DNA of 64,000 nucleotides. Origin: Squalus acanthias (lineage: Eukaryota). Numbering within the stretch: the stretch's first letter is position 1; each line of letters opens with the position of its first letter. Below, piece by piece: positions 35,396 to 51,740 of this stretch. The stretch spans positions 153,328,001 through 153,392,000 of the forward strand of contig CM059432.1 of the NCBI GenBank assembly GCA_030390025.1. Reading direction: 5' to 3'. The notes beneath the pieces are model-generated. The model saw only the letters and a list, made by a program, of their open reading frames with translations. It was not told where the DNA came from and did not search any database. A program made the translations under genes and the position numbers.

Positions 35396-38300
35396 TCTGG
35401 ATAAACAGCACTACTTAACATCACTGGATTAACAGCGCTATTTAATATCAGTGGATTAACAGCATTATTTAATATCACTGGATTAACAGCATTATTTAAT
35501 GTCACTGGATTAACAGCATTATTTAATGTCACTGGATTAACAGTGTTATTTAACATCACTGGATTAACAGCGCAATTTAATATCACTGGATTAACAGCAT
35601 TATTTAATATCACTGGATTAACAGCATTATTTAACATCACTGGATTAACAGCGTTATTTAATATCACTGGATTAACAGCATTATTTAACGTCACTGGATT
35701 AACAGCGCTATTTAATGTCACTGGATTAAAAGCATTATATAATATCACTGGATTAACAGCATTATTTAATGTAACTGGATTAACAGCATTATTTAATATC
35801 ACTGGATTAACAGCGCTATTTAACATCACTGGATTAACAGCATTATTTAATATCACTGGATTAACAGCGCTATTTAACATCACTGGATTAACAGCATTAT
35901 TTAATATCACTGGATTAACAGCGCTATTTAACATCACTGGATTATCTGCATTATTTAATGTCACTGGATTAACAGCCTTATTTAATATCACTGGATTAAC
36001 AGCGTTATTTAATGTCACTGGATTAACAGCATTATTTAATATGACTGGATTAACAGCATTATTTAATATCACTGGACTAACAGCGTTATTTAATGTCACT
36101 GGATTAACAGCGTTATTTAATATCACTGGATTAACAGCGCTATTTAATATTACTGGATTAACAGCGCTATTTAACATCACTGGATTAACAGCGCTATTTA
36201 ATGTCACTGGATTAAAAGCATTATTTAATATCACTGGATTAACAGCATTATTTAATGTAACTGGATTAACAGCATTATTTAATATCACTGGATTAACAGC
36301 GCTATTTAACATCACTGGATTAACAGCATTATTTAATGTCACCGGATTAACAGCATTATTTAATGTCACTGGATTAACAGCATTATTTAATATCACTGGA
36401 TTAACAGCGCTATTTAACATCACTGGATTAACAGCGCTATTTAATGTCACTGGATTAACTGCATTATTTAATATCACTGGATTAACAGCGCTATTTAATG
36501 TCACTGGATTAACTGCATTATTTAACATCACTGGATTAACAACGCTATTTAATGTCACTGGATTAACTGCATTATTTAACATCACTGGATTAACAGCGCT
36601 ATTTAATGTCACTGGATTAACTGCATTATTTAACATCACTGGATTAACTGCATTATTTAACATCACTGGATTAACAACGCTATTTAATGTCACTGGATTA
36701 ACTGCATTATTTAACATCACTGGATTAACAGCGCTATTTAACGTCACTGGATTAAAAGCATTATTTAATATCACTGGATTAACAGCATTATTTAATGTAA
36801 CTGGATTAACAGCATTATTTAATATCACTGGATTAACAGCGCTATTTAACATCACTGGATTAACAGCATTATTTAATGTAACTGGATTAACAGCATTATT
36901 TAACATCACTGGATTAACAGCATTATTTAATGTCACCGGATTAACAGCGCTATTTAACATCACTGGATTATCTGCATTATTTAATGTCACTGGATTAACA
37001 GCATTATTTAATATCACTGGATTAACAGCGTTATTTAATGTCACCGGATTAACAGCGCTATTTAATATTACTGGATTAACAGCGCTATTTAACATCACTG
37101 GATTAACAGCATTATTTAATATCACTGGATTAACAGCGTTATTTAATGTCACTGGATTAACAGCGTTATTTAATATCACTGGATTAACAGCGCTATTTAA
37201 CATCACTGGATTAACAGCATTATTTAATGTAACTGGATTAACAGTGTTATTTAATATATCTGGATTAACAGCGCTATTTAATATGACTGGATTAACAGCA
37301 TTATTTAATATCACTGGATTAACAGTGTTATTTAATATATCTGGATTAACAGCGTTATTTAATATGACTGGATTAACAGCATTATTTAACATCACTGGAT
37401 TAGCAGCGTTATTGAATATCACTGGATTAACAGCATTATTTAATATCACTGGATAAACAGCATTATTTAATATAACTGGATTAACAGCGTTATTTAACAT
37501 CACTGGATTAACAGCATTATTTAATGTCACTGGATTAACAGCATTATTTAACATCACTGGATTAACAGCATTATTTAATGTCACTGGATTAACAGCGTTA
37601 TTTAACATCACTGGATTAACAGCATTATTTAATGTCACTGGATTAACAGCGTTATTTAATGTCACTGGATTAACAGCATTATTTAATGTCACTGGATTAA
37701 CAGCATTATTTAATATCACTGGATTAACAGCGCTATTTAACATCACTGGATTAACAGCACTATTTAACGTCACTGGATTAACAGCGCTATTTAATGTCAC
37801 TGGATTAACAGCATTATTTAATATCACTGGATTAACAGCGCTATTTAATGTCACTGGATTAAAAGCATTATTTAATATCACTGGATTAACAGCATTATTT
37901 AATGTAACTGGATTAACAGCATTATTTAATATCACTGGATTAACAGCGCTATTTAACATCACTGGATTAACAGCATTATTTAATATCACTGGATTAACAG
38001 CGCTATTTAACATCACTGGATTAACAGCGCTATTTAACGTCACTGGATTAACAGCGCTATTTAATGTCACTGGATTTACAGCATTATTTCATATCACTGG
38101 ATTAACAGCGTTATTTAATGTCACTGGATTAACAGCATTATTTAATATGACTGGATTAACAGCATTATTTAATATCACTGGACTAACAGCGCTATTTAAT
38201 ATTACTGGATTAACAGCGCTATTTAACATCACTGGATTAACAGCATTATTTAATATCACTGGATTAACAGCGTTATTTAATGTCACTGGATTAACAGCGT

Positions 38301-41300
38301 TATTTAATATCACTGGATTAACAGCGCTATTTAACATCACTGGATTAACAGCATTATTTAATGTCACTGGATTAACAGCGCTAATTAATGTCACTGGATT
38401 AACAGCGTTATTTAACATCACTGGATTAACAGCATTGTTTAACATCACTGGATTAACAGCATTATTTAATATCACTGGATTAACAGCGTTATTTAACATC
38501 ACTGGATTAACAGCATTATTTAATGACACTGGATTAACAGCATTATTTAATGTCACTGGATTAACAGCATTATTTAATGTCACTGGATTAACAGCATTAT
38601 TTAATATCACTGGATTAACAGCGCTATTTAACATCACAGGATTAACAGCGCTATTTAACGTCACTGGATTAACAGCGCTATTTAATGTCACTGGATTAAA
38701 AGCATTATTTAATATCACTGGATTAACAGCATTATTTAATGTAACTGGATTAACAGCATTATTTAATATCACTGGATTAACAGCGCTATTTAACATCACT
38801 GGATTAACAGCATTATTTAATATCACTGGATTAACAGCGCTATTTAACATCACTGGATTAACAGCATTATTTAATATCACTGGATTAACAGCGCTATTTA
38901 ACATCACTGGATTAACAGCATTATTTAATGTAACTGGATTAACAGCATTATTTAACATCACTGGATTAACAGCATTATTTAATGTCACCGGATTAACAGC
39001 GTTATTTAATATCACTGGATTATCTGCATTATTTAATGTCACTGGATTAACAGCCTTATTTAATATCACTGGATTAACAGCGTTATTTAATGTCACTGGA
39101 TTAACAGCATTATTTAATATGACTGGATTAACAGCATTATTTAATATCACTGGACTAACAGCGTTATTTAATGTCACTGGATTAACAGCGTTATTTAATA
39201 TCACTGGATTAACAGCGCTATTTAATATTACTGGATTAACAGCGCTATTTAACATCACTGGATTAACAGCGCTATTTAATGTCACTGGATTAAAAGCATT
39301 ATTTAATATCACCGGATTAACAGCATTATTTAATGTCACTGGATTAACAGCATTATTTAATATCACTGGATTAACAGCGCTATTTAACATCACTGGATTA
39401 ACAGCGCTATTCAATGTCACTGGATTAACTGCATTATTTAATATCACTGGATTAACAGCGCTATTTAATGTCACTGGATTAACTGCATTATTTAACATCA
39501 CTGGATTAACAACGCTATTTAATGTCACTGGATTAACTGCATTATTTAACATCACTGGATTAACAGCGCTATTTAATGTCACTGGATTAACTGCATTATT
39601 TAACATCACTGGATTAACTGCATTATTTAACATCACTGGATTAACAACGCTATTTAATGTCACTGGATTAACTGCATTATTTAACATCACTGGATTAACA
39701 GCGCTATTTAACGTCACTGGATTAAAAGCATTATTTAATATCACTGGATTAACAGCATTATTTAATGTAACTGGATTAACAGCATTATTTAATATCACTG
39801 GATTAACAGCGCTATTTAACATCACTGGATTAACAGCATTATTTAATGTAACTGGATTAACAGCGTTATTTAATGTCACTGGATTAACAGCGCTATTTAA
39901 TATTACTGGATTAACAGCGCTATTTAACATCACTGGATTAACAGCATTATTTAATATCACTGGATTAACAGCGTTATTTAATGTCACTGGATTAACAGCG
40001 TTATTTAATATCACTGGATTAACAGCGCTATTTAACATCACTGGATTAACAGCATTATTTAATGTAACTGGATTAACAGTGTTATTTAATATATCTGGAT
40101 TAACAGCGCTATTTAATATGACTGGATTAACAGCATTATTTAATATCACTGGATTAACAGTGTTATTTAATATATCTGGATTAACAGCGTTATTTAATAT
40201 GACTGGATTAACAGCATTATTTAACATCACTGGATTAACAGCGTTATTGAATATCACTGGATTAACAGCATTATTTAATATCACTGGATTAACAGCATTA
40301 TTTAACATCACTGGATTAACAGCATTATTTAATGTCACTGGATTAACAGCGTTATTTAACATCACTGGATTAACAGCATTATTTAATGTCACTGGATTAA
40401 CAGCGTTATTTAATGTCACTGGATTAACAGCATTATTTAATGTCACTGGATTAACAGCATTATTTAATATCACTGGATTAACAGCGCTATTTAACATCAC
40501 TGGATTAACAGCACTATTTAACGTCTCTGGATTAACAGCGCTATTTAATGTCACTGGATTAACAGCATTATTTAATATCACTGGATTAACAGCGCTATTT
40601 AATGTCACTGGATTAAAAGCATTATTTAATATCACTGGATTAACAGCATTATTTAATGTAACTGGATTAACAGCATTATTTAATATCACTGGATTAACAG
40701 CGCTATTTAACATCACTGGATTAACAGCATTATTTAATGTCACCGGATTAACAGCATTATTTAATGTCACTGGATTAACAGCATTATTTAATATCACTGG
40801 ATTAACAGCGCTATTTAACATCACTGGATTAACAGCGCTATTTAACGTCACTGGATTAACAGCGCTATTTAATGTCACTGGATTTACAGCATTATTTCAT
40901 ATCACTGGATTAACAGCGTTATTTAATGTCACTGGATTAACAGCATTATTTAATATGATTGGATTAACAGCATTATTTAATATCACTGGACTAACAGCGC
41001 TATTTAATATTACTGGATTAACAGCGCTATTTAACATCACTGGATTAACAGCATTATTTAATATCACTGGATTAACAGCGTTATTTAATGTCACTGGATT
41101 AACAGCGTTATTTAATATCACTGGATTAACAGCGCTATTTAACATCACTGGATTAACAGCATTATTTAATGTCACTGGATTAACAGCGCTAATTAATGTC
41201 ACTGGATTAACAGCGTTATTTAACATCACTGGATTAACAGCATTGTTTAACATCACTGGATTAACAGCATTATTTAATATCACTGGATTAACAGCGTTAT

Positions 41301-44300
41301 TTAACATCACTGGATTAACAGCATTATTTAATGTCACTGGATTAACAGCATTATTTAATGTCACTGGATTAACAGCATTATTTAATATCACTGGATTAAC
41401 AGCGCTATTTAACATCACTGGATTAACTGCATTATTTAACATCACTGGATTAACAGCATTATTTAATATCACTGGATTAACAGCATTATTTAATATCACT
41501 GGATTAACAGCGCTATTTAATGTAACTGGATTAACAGCATTATTTAATATCACTGGATTAACAGCGCTATTTAACATCACTGGATTAACAGCATTATTTA
41601 ATATCACTGGATTAACAGTGCTATTTAATATTACTGGATTAACAGCATTATTTAATATCACTGGATTAACAGCATTATTTAATGTAACTGGATTAACAGC
41701 ATTATTTAATATCACTGGATTAACAGAATTATTTAACATCACTGGATTAACAGTGCTATTTAACATCACTGGATAAACAGCGTTATTTAATATCACTGGA
41801 TTAACAGCGCTATTTAATATTACTGGATTAACAGCATTACTTAATGTAACTGGATTAACAGCGCTATTTAACATCACTGGATTAACAGCATTATTTAATA
41901 TCACTGGATTAACAGCATTATTTAATGTCACTGGATTAACAGCGCTATTTAATATGACTGGATTAACAGCATTATTTAATATCACTGGATTAACAGCATT
42001 TTTTAATGTCACTGGATTAACAGCGCTATTTAATGTCACTGGATTAACAGCGCTATTATTTAATGTCACTGGATTAACAGCGCTATTTAACATCACTGGA
42101 TTAACAGCGCTATTTAATGTCACTGGATTAACAGCGCTATTTAATGTCACTGGATTAACAGCGCTATTTAACATCACTGGATTAACAGCATTATTTAATA
42201 TTACTGGATTAACAGCATTTTTTAATGTCACTGGATTAACAGCGCTATTTAATGTCACTGGATTAACAGCGCTATTTAATGTCACTGGATTAACAGCGCT
42301 ATTTAATGTAACTGGATTAACAGCATTATTTAATATCACTGGATTAACTGCATTATTTAATGTAACTGGATTAACAGCGCTATTTAACATCACTGGATTA
42401 ACAGCATTATTTAATGTCACTGGATTAACAGCATTATTTAATGTCACTGGATTAACAGCATTATTTAATATCACTGGATTAACAGCGCTATTTAACATCA
42501 CTGGATTAACTGCATTATTTACCATCACTGGATTAACAGCATTATTTAATATCACTGGATTAACAGCATTATTTAATATCACTGGATTAACAGCGCTATT
42601 TAATGTAACTGGATTAACAGCATTATTTAATATCACTGGATTAACAGCGCTATTTAACATCACTGGATTAACAGCATTATTTAATATCACTGGATTAACA
42701 GTGCTATTTAATATTACTGGATTAACAGCATTATTTAATATCACTGGATTAACAGCATTATTTAATGTAACTGGATTAACAGCATTATTTAATATCACTG
42801 GATTAACAGAATTATTTAACATCACTGGATTAACAGTGCTATTTAACATCACTGGATAAACAGGGTTATTTAATATCACTGGATTAACAGCGCTATTTAA
42901 TATTACTGGATTAACAGCATTACTTAATGTAACTGGATTAACAGCGCTATTTAACATCACTGGATTAACAGCATTATTTAATATCACTGGATTAACAGCA
43001 TTATTTAATGTCACTGGATTAACAGCGCTATTTAATATGACTGGATTAACAGCATTATTTAATATCACTGGATTAACAGCATTTTTTAATGTCACTGGAT
43101 TAACAGCGCTATTTAATGTCACTGGATTAACAGCGCTATTTAATGTCACTGGATTAACAGCGCTATTTAACATCACTGGATTAACAGCGCTATTTAATGT
43201 CACTGGATTAACAGCGCTATTTAATGTCACTGGATTAACAGCGCTATTTAACATCACTGGATTAACAGCATTATTTAATATTACTGGATTAACAGCATTT
43301 TTTAATGTCACTGGATTAACAGCGCTATTTAATGTCACTGGATTAACAGCGCTATTTAATGTCACTGGATTAACAGCGCTATTTAATGTAACTGGATTAA
43401 CAGCATTATTTAATATCACTGGATTAACTGCATTATTTAATGTAACTGGATTAACAGCGCTATTTAACATCACTGGATTAACAGCATTATTTAATGTCAC
43501 TGGATTAACAGCATTATTTAATGTCACTGGATTAACAGCATTATTTAATATCACTGGATTAACAGCGCTATTTAACATCACTGGATTAACTGCATTATTT
43601 AACATCACTGGATTAACAGCATTATTTAATATCACTGGATTAACAGCATTATTTAATATCACTGGATTAACAGCGCTATTTAATGTAACTGGATTAACAG
43701 CATTATTTAATATCACTGGATTAACAGCGCTATTTAACATCACTGGATTAACAGCATTATTTAATATCACTGGATTAACAGCATTATTTAATGTAACTGG
43801 ATTAACAGCATTATTTAATATCACTGGATTAACAGAATTATTTAATATCACTGGATTAACAGTGCTATTTAACATCACTGGATAAACAGCGTTATTTAAT
43901 ATCACTGGATTAACAGCGCTATTTAATATTACTAGATTAACAGCATTACTTAATGTAACTGGATTAACAGCGCTATTTAACATCACTGGATTAACAGCAT
44001 TATTTAATATCACTGGATTAACAGCGCTATTTAATATGACTGGATTAACAGCATTTTTTAATGTCACTGGATTAACAGCGCTATTTAATGTCACTGGATT
44101 AACAGCGCTATTTAATGTCACTGGATTAACAGCGCTATTTAATGTAACTGGATTAACAGCATTATTTAATATCACTGGATTAACAGCATTATTTAATGTA
44201 ACTGGATTAACAGCGCTATTTAACATCACTGGATTAACAGCATTATTTACTGTCACTGGATTAACAGCGCTATTTAACATCACTGGATTAACAGCGCTAT

Positions 44301-47300
44301 TTAATATCACTGGATTAACAGCATTACTTAATGTCACTGGATTAACAGCATTATTTAATATCACTGGTTTAACAGCGCTATTTAACATCACTGGATTAAC
44401 AGCATTATTTAATGTCACTGGATTAACAGCGCTATTTAACATCACTGGATTAACAGCATTATTTAATATCACTGGATTAACAGCGCTATTTAATATCACT
44501 GGATTAACAGCATTATTTAATATCACTGGATTAACAGCGCTATTTAATATCACTGGATTAACAGCGCTATTTAACATCACTGGATTAACAGCGCTATTTA
44601 ATGTCACTGGATTTACAGCATTATTTCATATCACTGGATTAACAGCGTTATTTAATGTCACTGGATTAACAGCATTATTTAATATGACTGGATTAACAGC
44701 ATTATTTAATATCACTGGATTAACAGCGTTATTTAATGTCACTGGATTAACAGCGTTATTTAATATCACTGGATTAACAGCGCTATTTAACATCACTGGA
44801 TTAACAGCATTATTTAATGTCACTGGATTAACAGCGCTAATTAATGTCACTGGATTAACAGCGTTATTTAACATCACTGGATTAACAGCATTGTTTAACA
44901 TCACTGGATTAACAGCATTATTTAATATCACTGGATTAACAGCGTTATTTAACATCACTGGATTAACAGCATTATTTAATGACACTGGATTAACAGCATT
45001 ATTTAATGTCACTGGATTAACAGCATTATTTAATGTCACTGGATTAACAGCATTATTTAATATCACTGGATTAACAGCGCTATTTAACATCACAGGATTA
45101 ACAGCGCTATTTAACGTCACTGGATTAACAGCGCTATTTAATGTCACTGGATTAAAAGCATTATTTAATATCACTGGATTAACAGCATTATTTAATGTAA
45201 CTGGATTAACAGCATTATTTAATATCACTGGATTAACAGCGCTATTTAACATCACTGGATTAACAGCATTATTTAATATCACTGGATTAACAGCGCTATT
45301 TAACATCACTGGATTAACAGCATTATTTAATATCACTGGATTAACAGCGCTATTTAACATCACTGGATTAACAGCATTATTTAATGTAACTGGATTAACA
45401 GCATTATTTAACATCACTGGATTAACAGCATTATTTAATGTCACCGGATTAACAGCGTTATTTAATATCACTGGATTATCTGCATTATTTAATGTCACTG
45501 GATTAACAGCCTCATTTAATATCACTGGATTAACAGCGTTATTTAATGTCACTGGATTAACAGCATTATTTAATATGACTGGATTAACAGCATTATTTAA
45601 TATCACTGGACTAACAGCGTTATTTAATGTCACTGGATTAACAGCGTTATTTAATATCACTGGATTAACAGCGCTATTTAATATTACTGGATTAACAGCG
45701 CTATTTAACATCACTGGATTAACAGCGCTATTTAATGTCACTGGATTAAAAGCATTATTTAATATCACCGGATTAACAGCATTATTTAATGTCACTGGAT
45801 TAACAGCATTATTTAATATCACTGGATTAACAGCGCTATTTAACATCACTGGATTAACAGCGCTATTTAATGTCACTGGATTAACTGCATTATTTAATAT
45901 CACTGGATTAACAGCGCTATTTAATGTCACTGGATTAACTGCATTATTTAACATCACTGGATTAACAACGCTATTTAATGTCACTGGATTAACTGCATTA
46001 TTTAACATCACTGGATTAACAGCGCTATTTAATGTCACTGGATTAACTGCATTATTTAACATCACTGGATTAACTGCATTATTTAACATCACTGGATTAA
46101 CAACGCTATTTAATGTCACTGGATTAACTGCATTATTTAACATCACTGGATTAACAGCGCTATTTAATGTCACTGGATTAAAAGCATTATTTAATATCAC
46201 TGGATTAACAGCATTATTTAATGTAACTGGATTAACAGCATTATTTAATATCACTGGATTAACAGCGCTATTTAACATCACTGGATTAACAGCATTATTT
46301 AATGTAACTGGATTAACAGCGTTATTTAATGTCACTGGATTAACAGCGCTATTTAATATTACTGGATTAACAGCACTATTTAACATCACTGGATTAACAG
46401 CATTATTTAATATCACTGGATTAACAGCGTTATTTAATGTCACTGGATTAACAGCGTTATTTAATATCACTGGATTAACAGCGCTATTTAACATCACTGG
46501 ATTAACAGCATTATTTAATGTAACTGGATTAACAGTGTTATTTAATATATCTGGATTAACAGCGCTATTTAATATGACTGGATTAACAGCATTATTTAAT
46601 ATCACTGGATTAACAGTGTTATTTAATATATCTGGATTAACAGCGTTATTTAATATGACTGGATTAACAGCATTATTTAACATCACTAGATTAACAGCGT
46701 TATTGAATATCACTGGATTAACAGCATTATTTAATATCACTGGATTAACAGCATTATTTAACATCACTGGATTAACAGCATTATTTAATGTCACTGGATT
46801 AACAGCGTTATTTAACATCACTGGATTAACAGCATTATTTAATGTCACTGGATTAACAGCGTTATTTAATGTCACTGGATTAACAGCATTATTTAATGTC
46901 ACTGGATTAACAGCATTATTTAATATCACTGGATTAACAGCGCTATTTAACATCACTGGATTAACAGCACTATTTAACGTCTCTGGATTAACAGCGCTAT
47001 TTAATGTCACTGGATTAACAGCATTATTTAATATCACTGGATTAACAGCGCTATTTAATGTCACTGGATTAAAAGCATTATTTAATATCACTGGATTAAC
47101 AGCATTATTTAATGTAACTGGATTAACAGCATTATTTAATATCACTGGATTAACAGCGCTATTTAACATCACTGGATTAACAGCATTATTTAATGTCACC
47201 GGATTAACAGCATTATTTAATGTCACTGGATTAACAGCATTATTTAATATCACTGGATTAACAGCGCTATTTAACATCACTGGATTAACAGCGCTATTTA

Positions 47301-50300
47301 ACGTCACTGGATTAACAGCGCTATTTAATGTCACTGGATTTACAGCATTATTTCATATCACTGGATTAACAGCGTTATTTAATGTCACTGGATTAACAGC
47401 ATTATTTAATATGATTGGATTAACAGCATTATTTAATATCACTGGACTAACAGCGCTATTTAATATTACTGGATTAACAGCGCTATTTAACATCACTGGA
47501 TTAACAGCATTATTTAATATCACTGGATTAACAGCGTTATTTAATGTCACTGGATTAACAGCGTTATTTAATATCACTGGATTAACAGCGCTATTTAACA
47601 TCACTGGATTAACAGCATTATTTAATGTCACTGGATTAACAGCGCTAATTAATGTCACTGGATTAACAGCGTTATTTAACATCACTGGATTAACAGCATT
47701 GTTTAACATCACTGGATTAACAGCATTATTTAATATCACTGGATTAACAGCGTTATTTAACATCACTGGATTAACAGCATTATTTAATGTCACTGGATTA
47801 ACAGCATTATTTAATGTCACTGGATTAACAGCATTATTTAATATCACTGGATTAACAGCGCTATTTAACATCACTGGATTAACTGCATTATTTAACATCA
47901 CTGGATTAACAGCATTATTTAATATCACTGGATTAACAGCATTATTTAATATCACTGGATTAACAGCGCTATTTAATGTAACTGGATTAACAGCATTATT
48001 TAATATCACTGGATTAACAGCGCTATTTAACATCACTGGATTAACAGCATTATTTAATATCACTGGATTAACAGTGCTATTTAATATTACTGGATTAACA
48101 GCATTATTTAATATCACTGGATTAACAGCATTATTTAATGTAACTGGATTAACAGCATTATTTAATATCACTGGATTAACAGAATTATTTAATATCACTG
48201 GATTAACAGCATTATTTAACATCACTGGATAAACAGCGTTATTTAATATCACTGGATTAACAGCGCTATTTAATATTACTGGATTAACAGCATTACTTAA
48301 TGTAACTGGATTAACAGCGCTATTTAACATCACTGGATTAACAGCATTATTTAATATCACTGGATTAACAGCATTATTTAATGTCACTGGATTAACAGCG
48401 CTATTTAATATGACTGGATTAACAGCATTATTTAATATCACTGGATTAACAGCATTTTTTAATGTCACTGGATTAACAGCGCTATTTAATGTCACTGGAT
48501 TAACAGCGCTATTATTTAATGTCACTGGATTAACAGCGCTATTTAACATCACTGGATTAACAGCGCTATTTAATGTCACTGGATTAACAGCGCTATTTAA
48601 TGTCACTGGATTAACAGCGCTATTTAACATCACTGGATTAACAGCATTATTTAATATTACTGGATTAACAGCATTTTTTAATGTCACTGGATTAACAGCG
48701 CTATTTAATGTCACTGGATTAACAGCGCTATTTAATGTCACTGGATTAACAGCGCTATTTAATGTAACTGGATTAACAGCATTATTTAATATCACTGGAT
48801 TAACTGCATTATTTAATGTAACTGGATTAACAGCGCTATTTAACATCACTGGATTAACAGCATTATTTAATGTCACTGGATTAACAGCATTATTTAATGT
48901 CACTGGATTAACAGCATTATTTAATATCACTGGATTAACAGCGCTATTTAACATCACTGGATTAACTGCATTATTTAACATCACTGGATTAACAGCATTA
49001 TTTAATATCACTGGATTAACAGCATTATTTAATATCACTGGATTAACAGCGCTATTTAATGTAACTGGATTAACAGCATTATTTAATATCACTGGATTAA
49101 CAGCGCTATTTAACATCACTGGATTAACAGCATTATTTAATATCACTGGATTAACAGTGCTATTTAATATTACTGGATTAACAGCATTATTTAATATCAC
49201 TGGATTAACAGCATTATTTAATGTAACTGGATTAACAGCATTATTTAATATCACTGGATTAACAGAATTATTTAACATCACTGGATTAACAGTGCTATTT
49301 AACATCACTGGATAAACAGCGTTATTTAATATCACTGGATTAACAGCGCTATTTAATATTACTGGATTAACAGCATTACTTAATGTAACTGGATTAACAG
49401 CGCTATTTAACATCACTGGAATAACAGCATTATTTAATATCACTGGATTAACAGCATTATTTAATGTCACTGGATTAACAGCGCTATTTAATATGACTGG
49501 ATTAACAGCATTATTTAATATCACTGGATTAACAGCATTTTTTAATGTCACTGGATTAACAGCGCTATTTAATGTCACTGGATTAACAGCGCTATTTAAT
49601 GTCACTGGATTAACAGCGCTATTTAACATCACTGGATTAACAGCGCTATTTAATGTCACTGGATTAACAGCGCTATTTAATGTCACTGGATTAACAGCGC
49701 TATTTAACATCACTGGATTAACAGCATTATTTAATATTACTGGATTAACAGCATTTTTTAATGTCACTGGATTAACAGCGCTATTTAATGTCACTGGATT
49801 AACAGCGCTATTTAATGTCACTGGATTAACAGCGCTATTTAATGTAACTGGATTAACAGCATTATTTAATATCACTGGATTAACTGCATTATTTAATGTA
49901 ACTGGATTAACAGCGCTATTTAACATCACTGGATTAACAGCATTATTTAATGTCACTGGATTAACAGCATTATTTAATGTCACTGGATTAACAGCATTAT
50001 TTAATATCACTGGATTAACAGCGCTATTTAACATCACTGGATTAACTGCATTATTTAACATCACTGGATTAACAGCATTATTTAATATCACTGGATTAAC
50101 AGCATTATTTAATATCACTGGATTAACAGCATTATTTAATGTAACTGGATTAACAGCATTATTTAATATCACTGGATTAACAGAATTATTTAATATCACT
50201 GGATTAACAGTGCTATTTAACATCACTGGATAAACAGCGTTATTTAATATCACTGGATTAACAGCGCTATTTAATATTACTAGATTAACAGCATTACTTA

Positions 50301-51740
50301 ATGTAACTGGATTAACAGCGCTATTTAACATCACTGGATTAACAGCATTATTTAATATCACTGGATTAACAGCGCTATTTAATATGACTGGATTAACAGC
50401 ATTTTTTAATGTCACTGGATTAACAGCGCTATTTAATGTCACTGGATTAACAGCGCTATTTAATGTCACTGGATTAACAGCGCTATTTAATGTAACTGGA
50501 TTAACAGCATTATTTAATATCACTGGATTAACAGCATTATTTAATGTAACTGGATTAACAGCGCTATTTAACATCACTGGATTAACAGCATTATTTACTG
50601 TCACTGGATTAACAGCGCTATTTAACATCACTGGATTAACAGCGCTATTTAATATCACTGGATTAACAGCATTACTTAATGTCACTGGATTAACAGCATT
50701 ATTTAATATCACTGGTTTAACAGCGCTATTTAACATCACTGGATTAACAGCATTATTTAATGTCACTGGATTAACAGCGCTATTTAACATCACTGGATTA
50801 ACAGCATTATTTAATATCACTGGATTAACAGCGCTATTTAATATCACTGGATTAACAGCATTATTTAATATCACTGGATTAACAGCGCTATTTAATATCA
50901 CTGGATTAACAGCGCTATTTAACATCACTGGATTAACAGCGCTATTTAATGTCACTGGATTTACAGCATTATTTCATATCACTGGATTAACAGCGTTATT
51001 TAATGTCACTGGATTAACAGCATTATTTAATATGACTGGATTAACAGCATTATTTAATATCACTGGATTAACAGCGTTATTTAATGTCACTGGATTAACA
51101 GCGTTATTTAATATCACTGGATTAACAGCGCTATTTAACATCACTGGATTAACAGCATTATTTAATGTCACTGGATCAACAGCGCTAATTAATGTCACTG
51201 GATTAACAGCGTTATTTAACATCACTGGATTAACAGCATTGTTTAACATCACTGGATTAACAGCATTATTTAATATCACTGGATTAACAGCGTTATTTAA
51301 CATCACTGGATTAACAGCATTATTTAATGACACTGGATTAACAGCATTATTTAATGTCACTGGATTAACAGCATTATTTAATGTCACTGGATTAACAGCA
51401 TTATTTAATATCACTGGATTAACAGCGCTATTTAACATCACAGGATTAACAGCGCTATTTAACGTCACTGGATTAACAGCGCTATTTAATGTCACTGGAT
51501 TAAAAGCATTATTTAATATCACTGGATTAACAGCATTATTTAATGTCACTGGATTAACAGCGCTATTTAATATCACTGGATTAACAGCGCTATTTAATAT
51601 CACTGGATTAACAGCGCTATTTAATGTCACTGGATTAACAGCATTATTTAATGTCACTGGATTAACAGCATTATTTAATGTCACTGGATTAACAGTGCTA
51701 TTTAACATCACTGGATTAAGAGCATTATTTAATATCACTG
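35396..51740. repeat. 27-bp tandem satellite, consensus ACTGGATTAACAGCRYTATTTAAYRTC, ~600 units, with higher-order repeats
   Basis: Directly visible; degenerate monomers continue to ~52290 and also occur at ~34360-34402. Confidence 0.98.

Noticed and set aside
35396..51740. CRISPR array
   Set aside because: Head-to-tail repeats without unique spacers, no cas genes, eukaryotic context.
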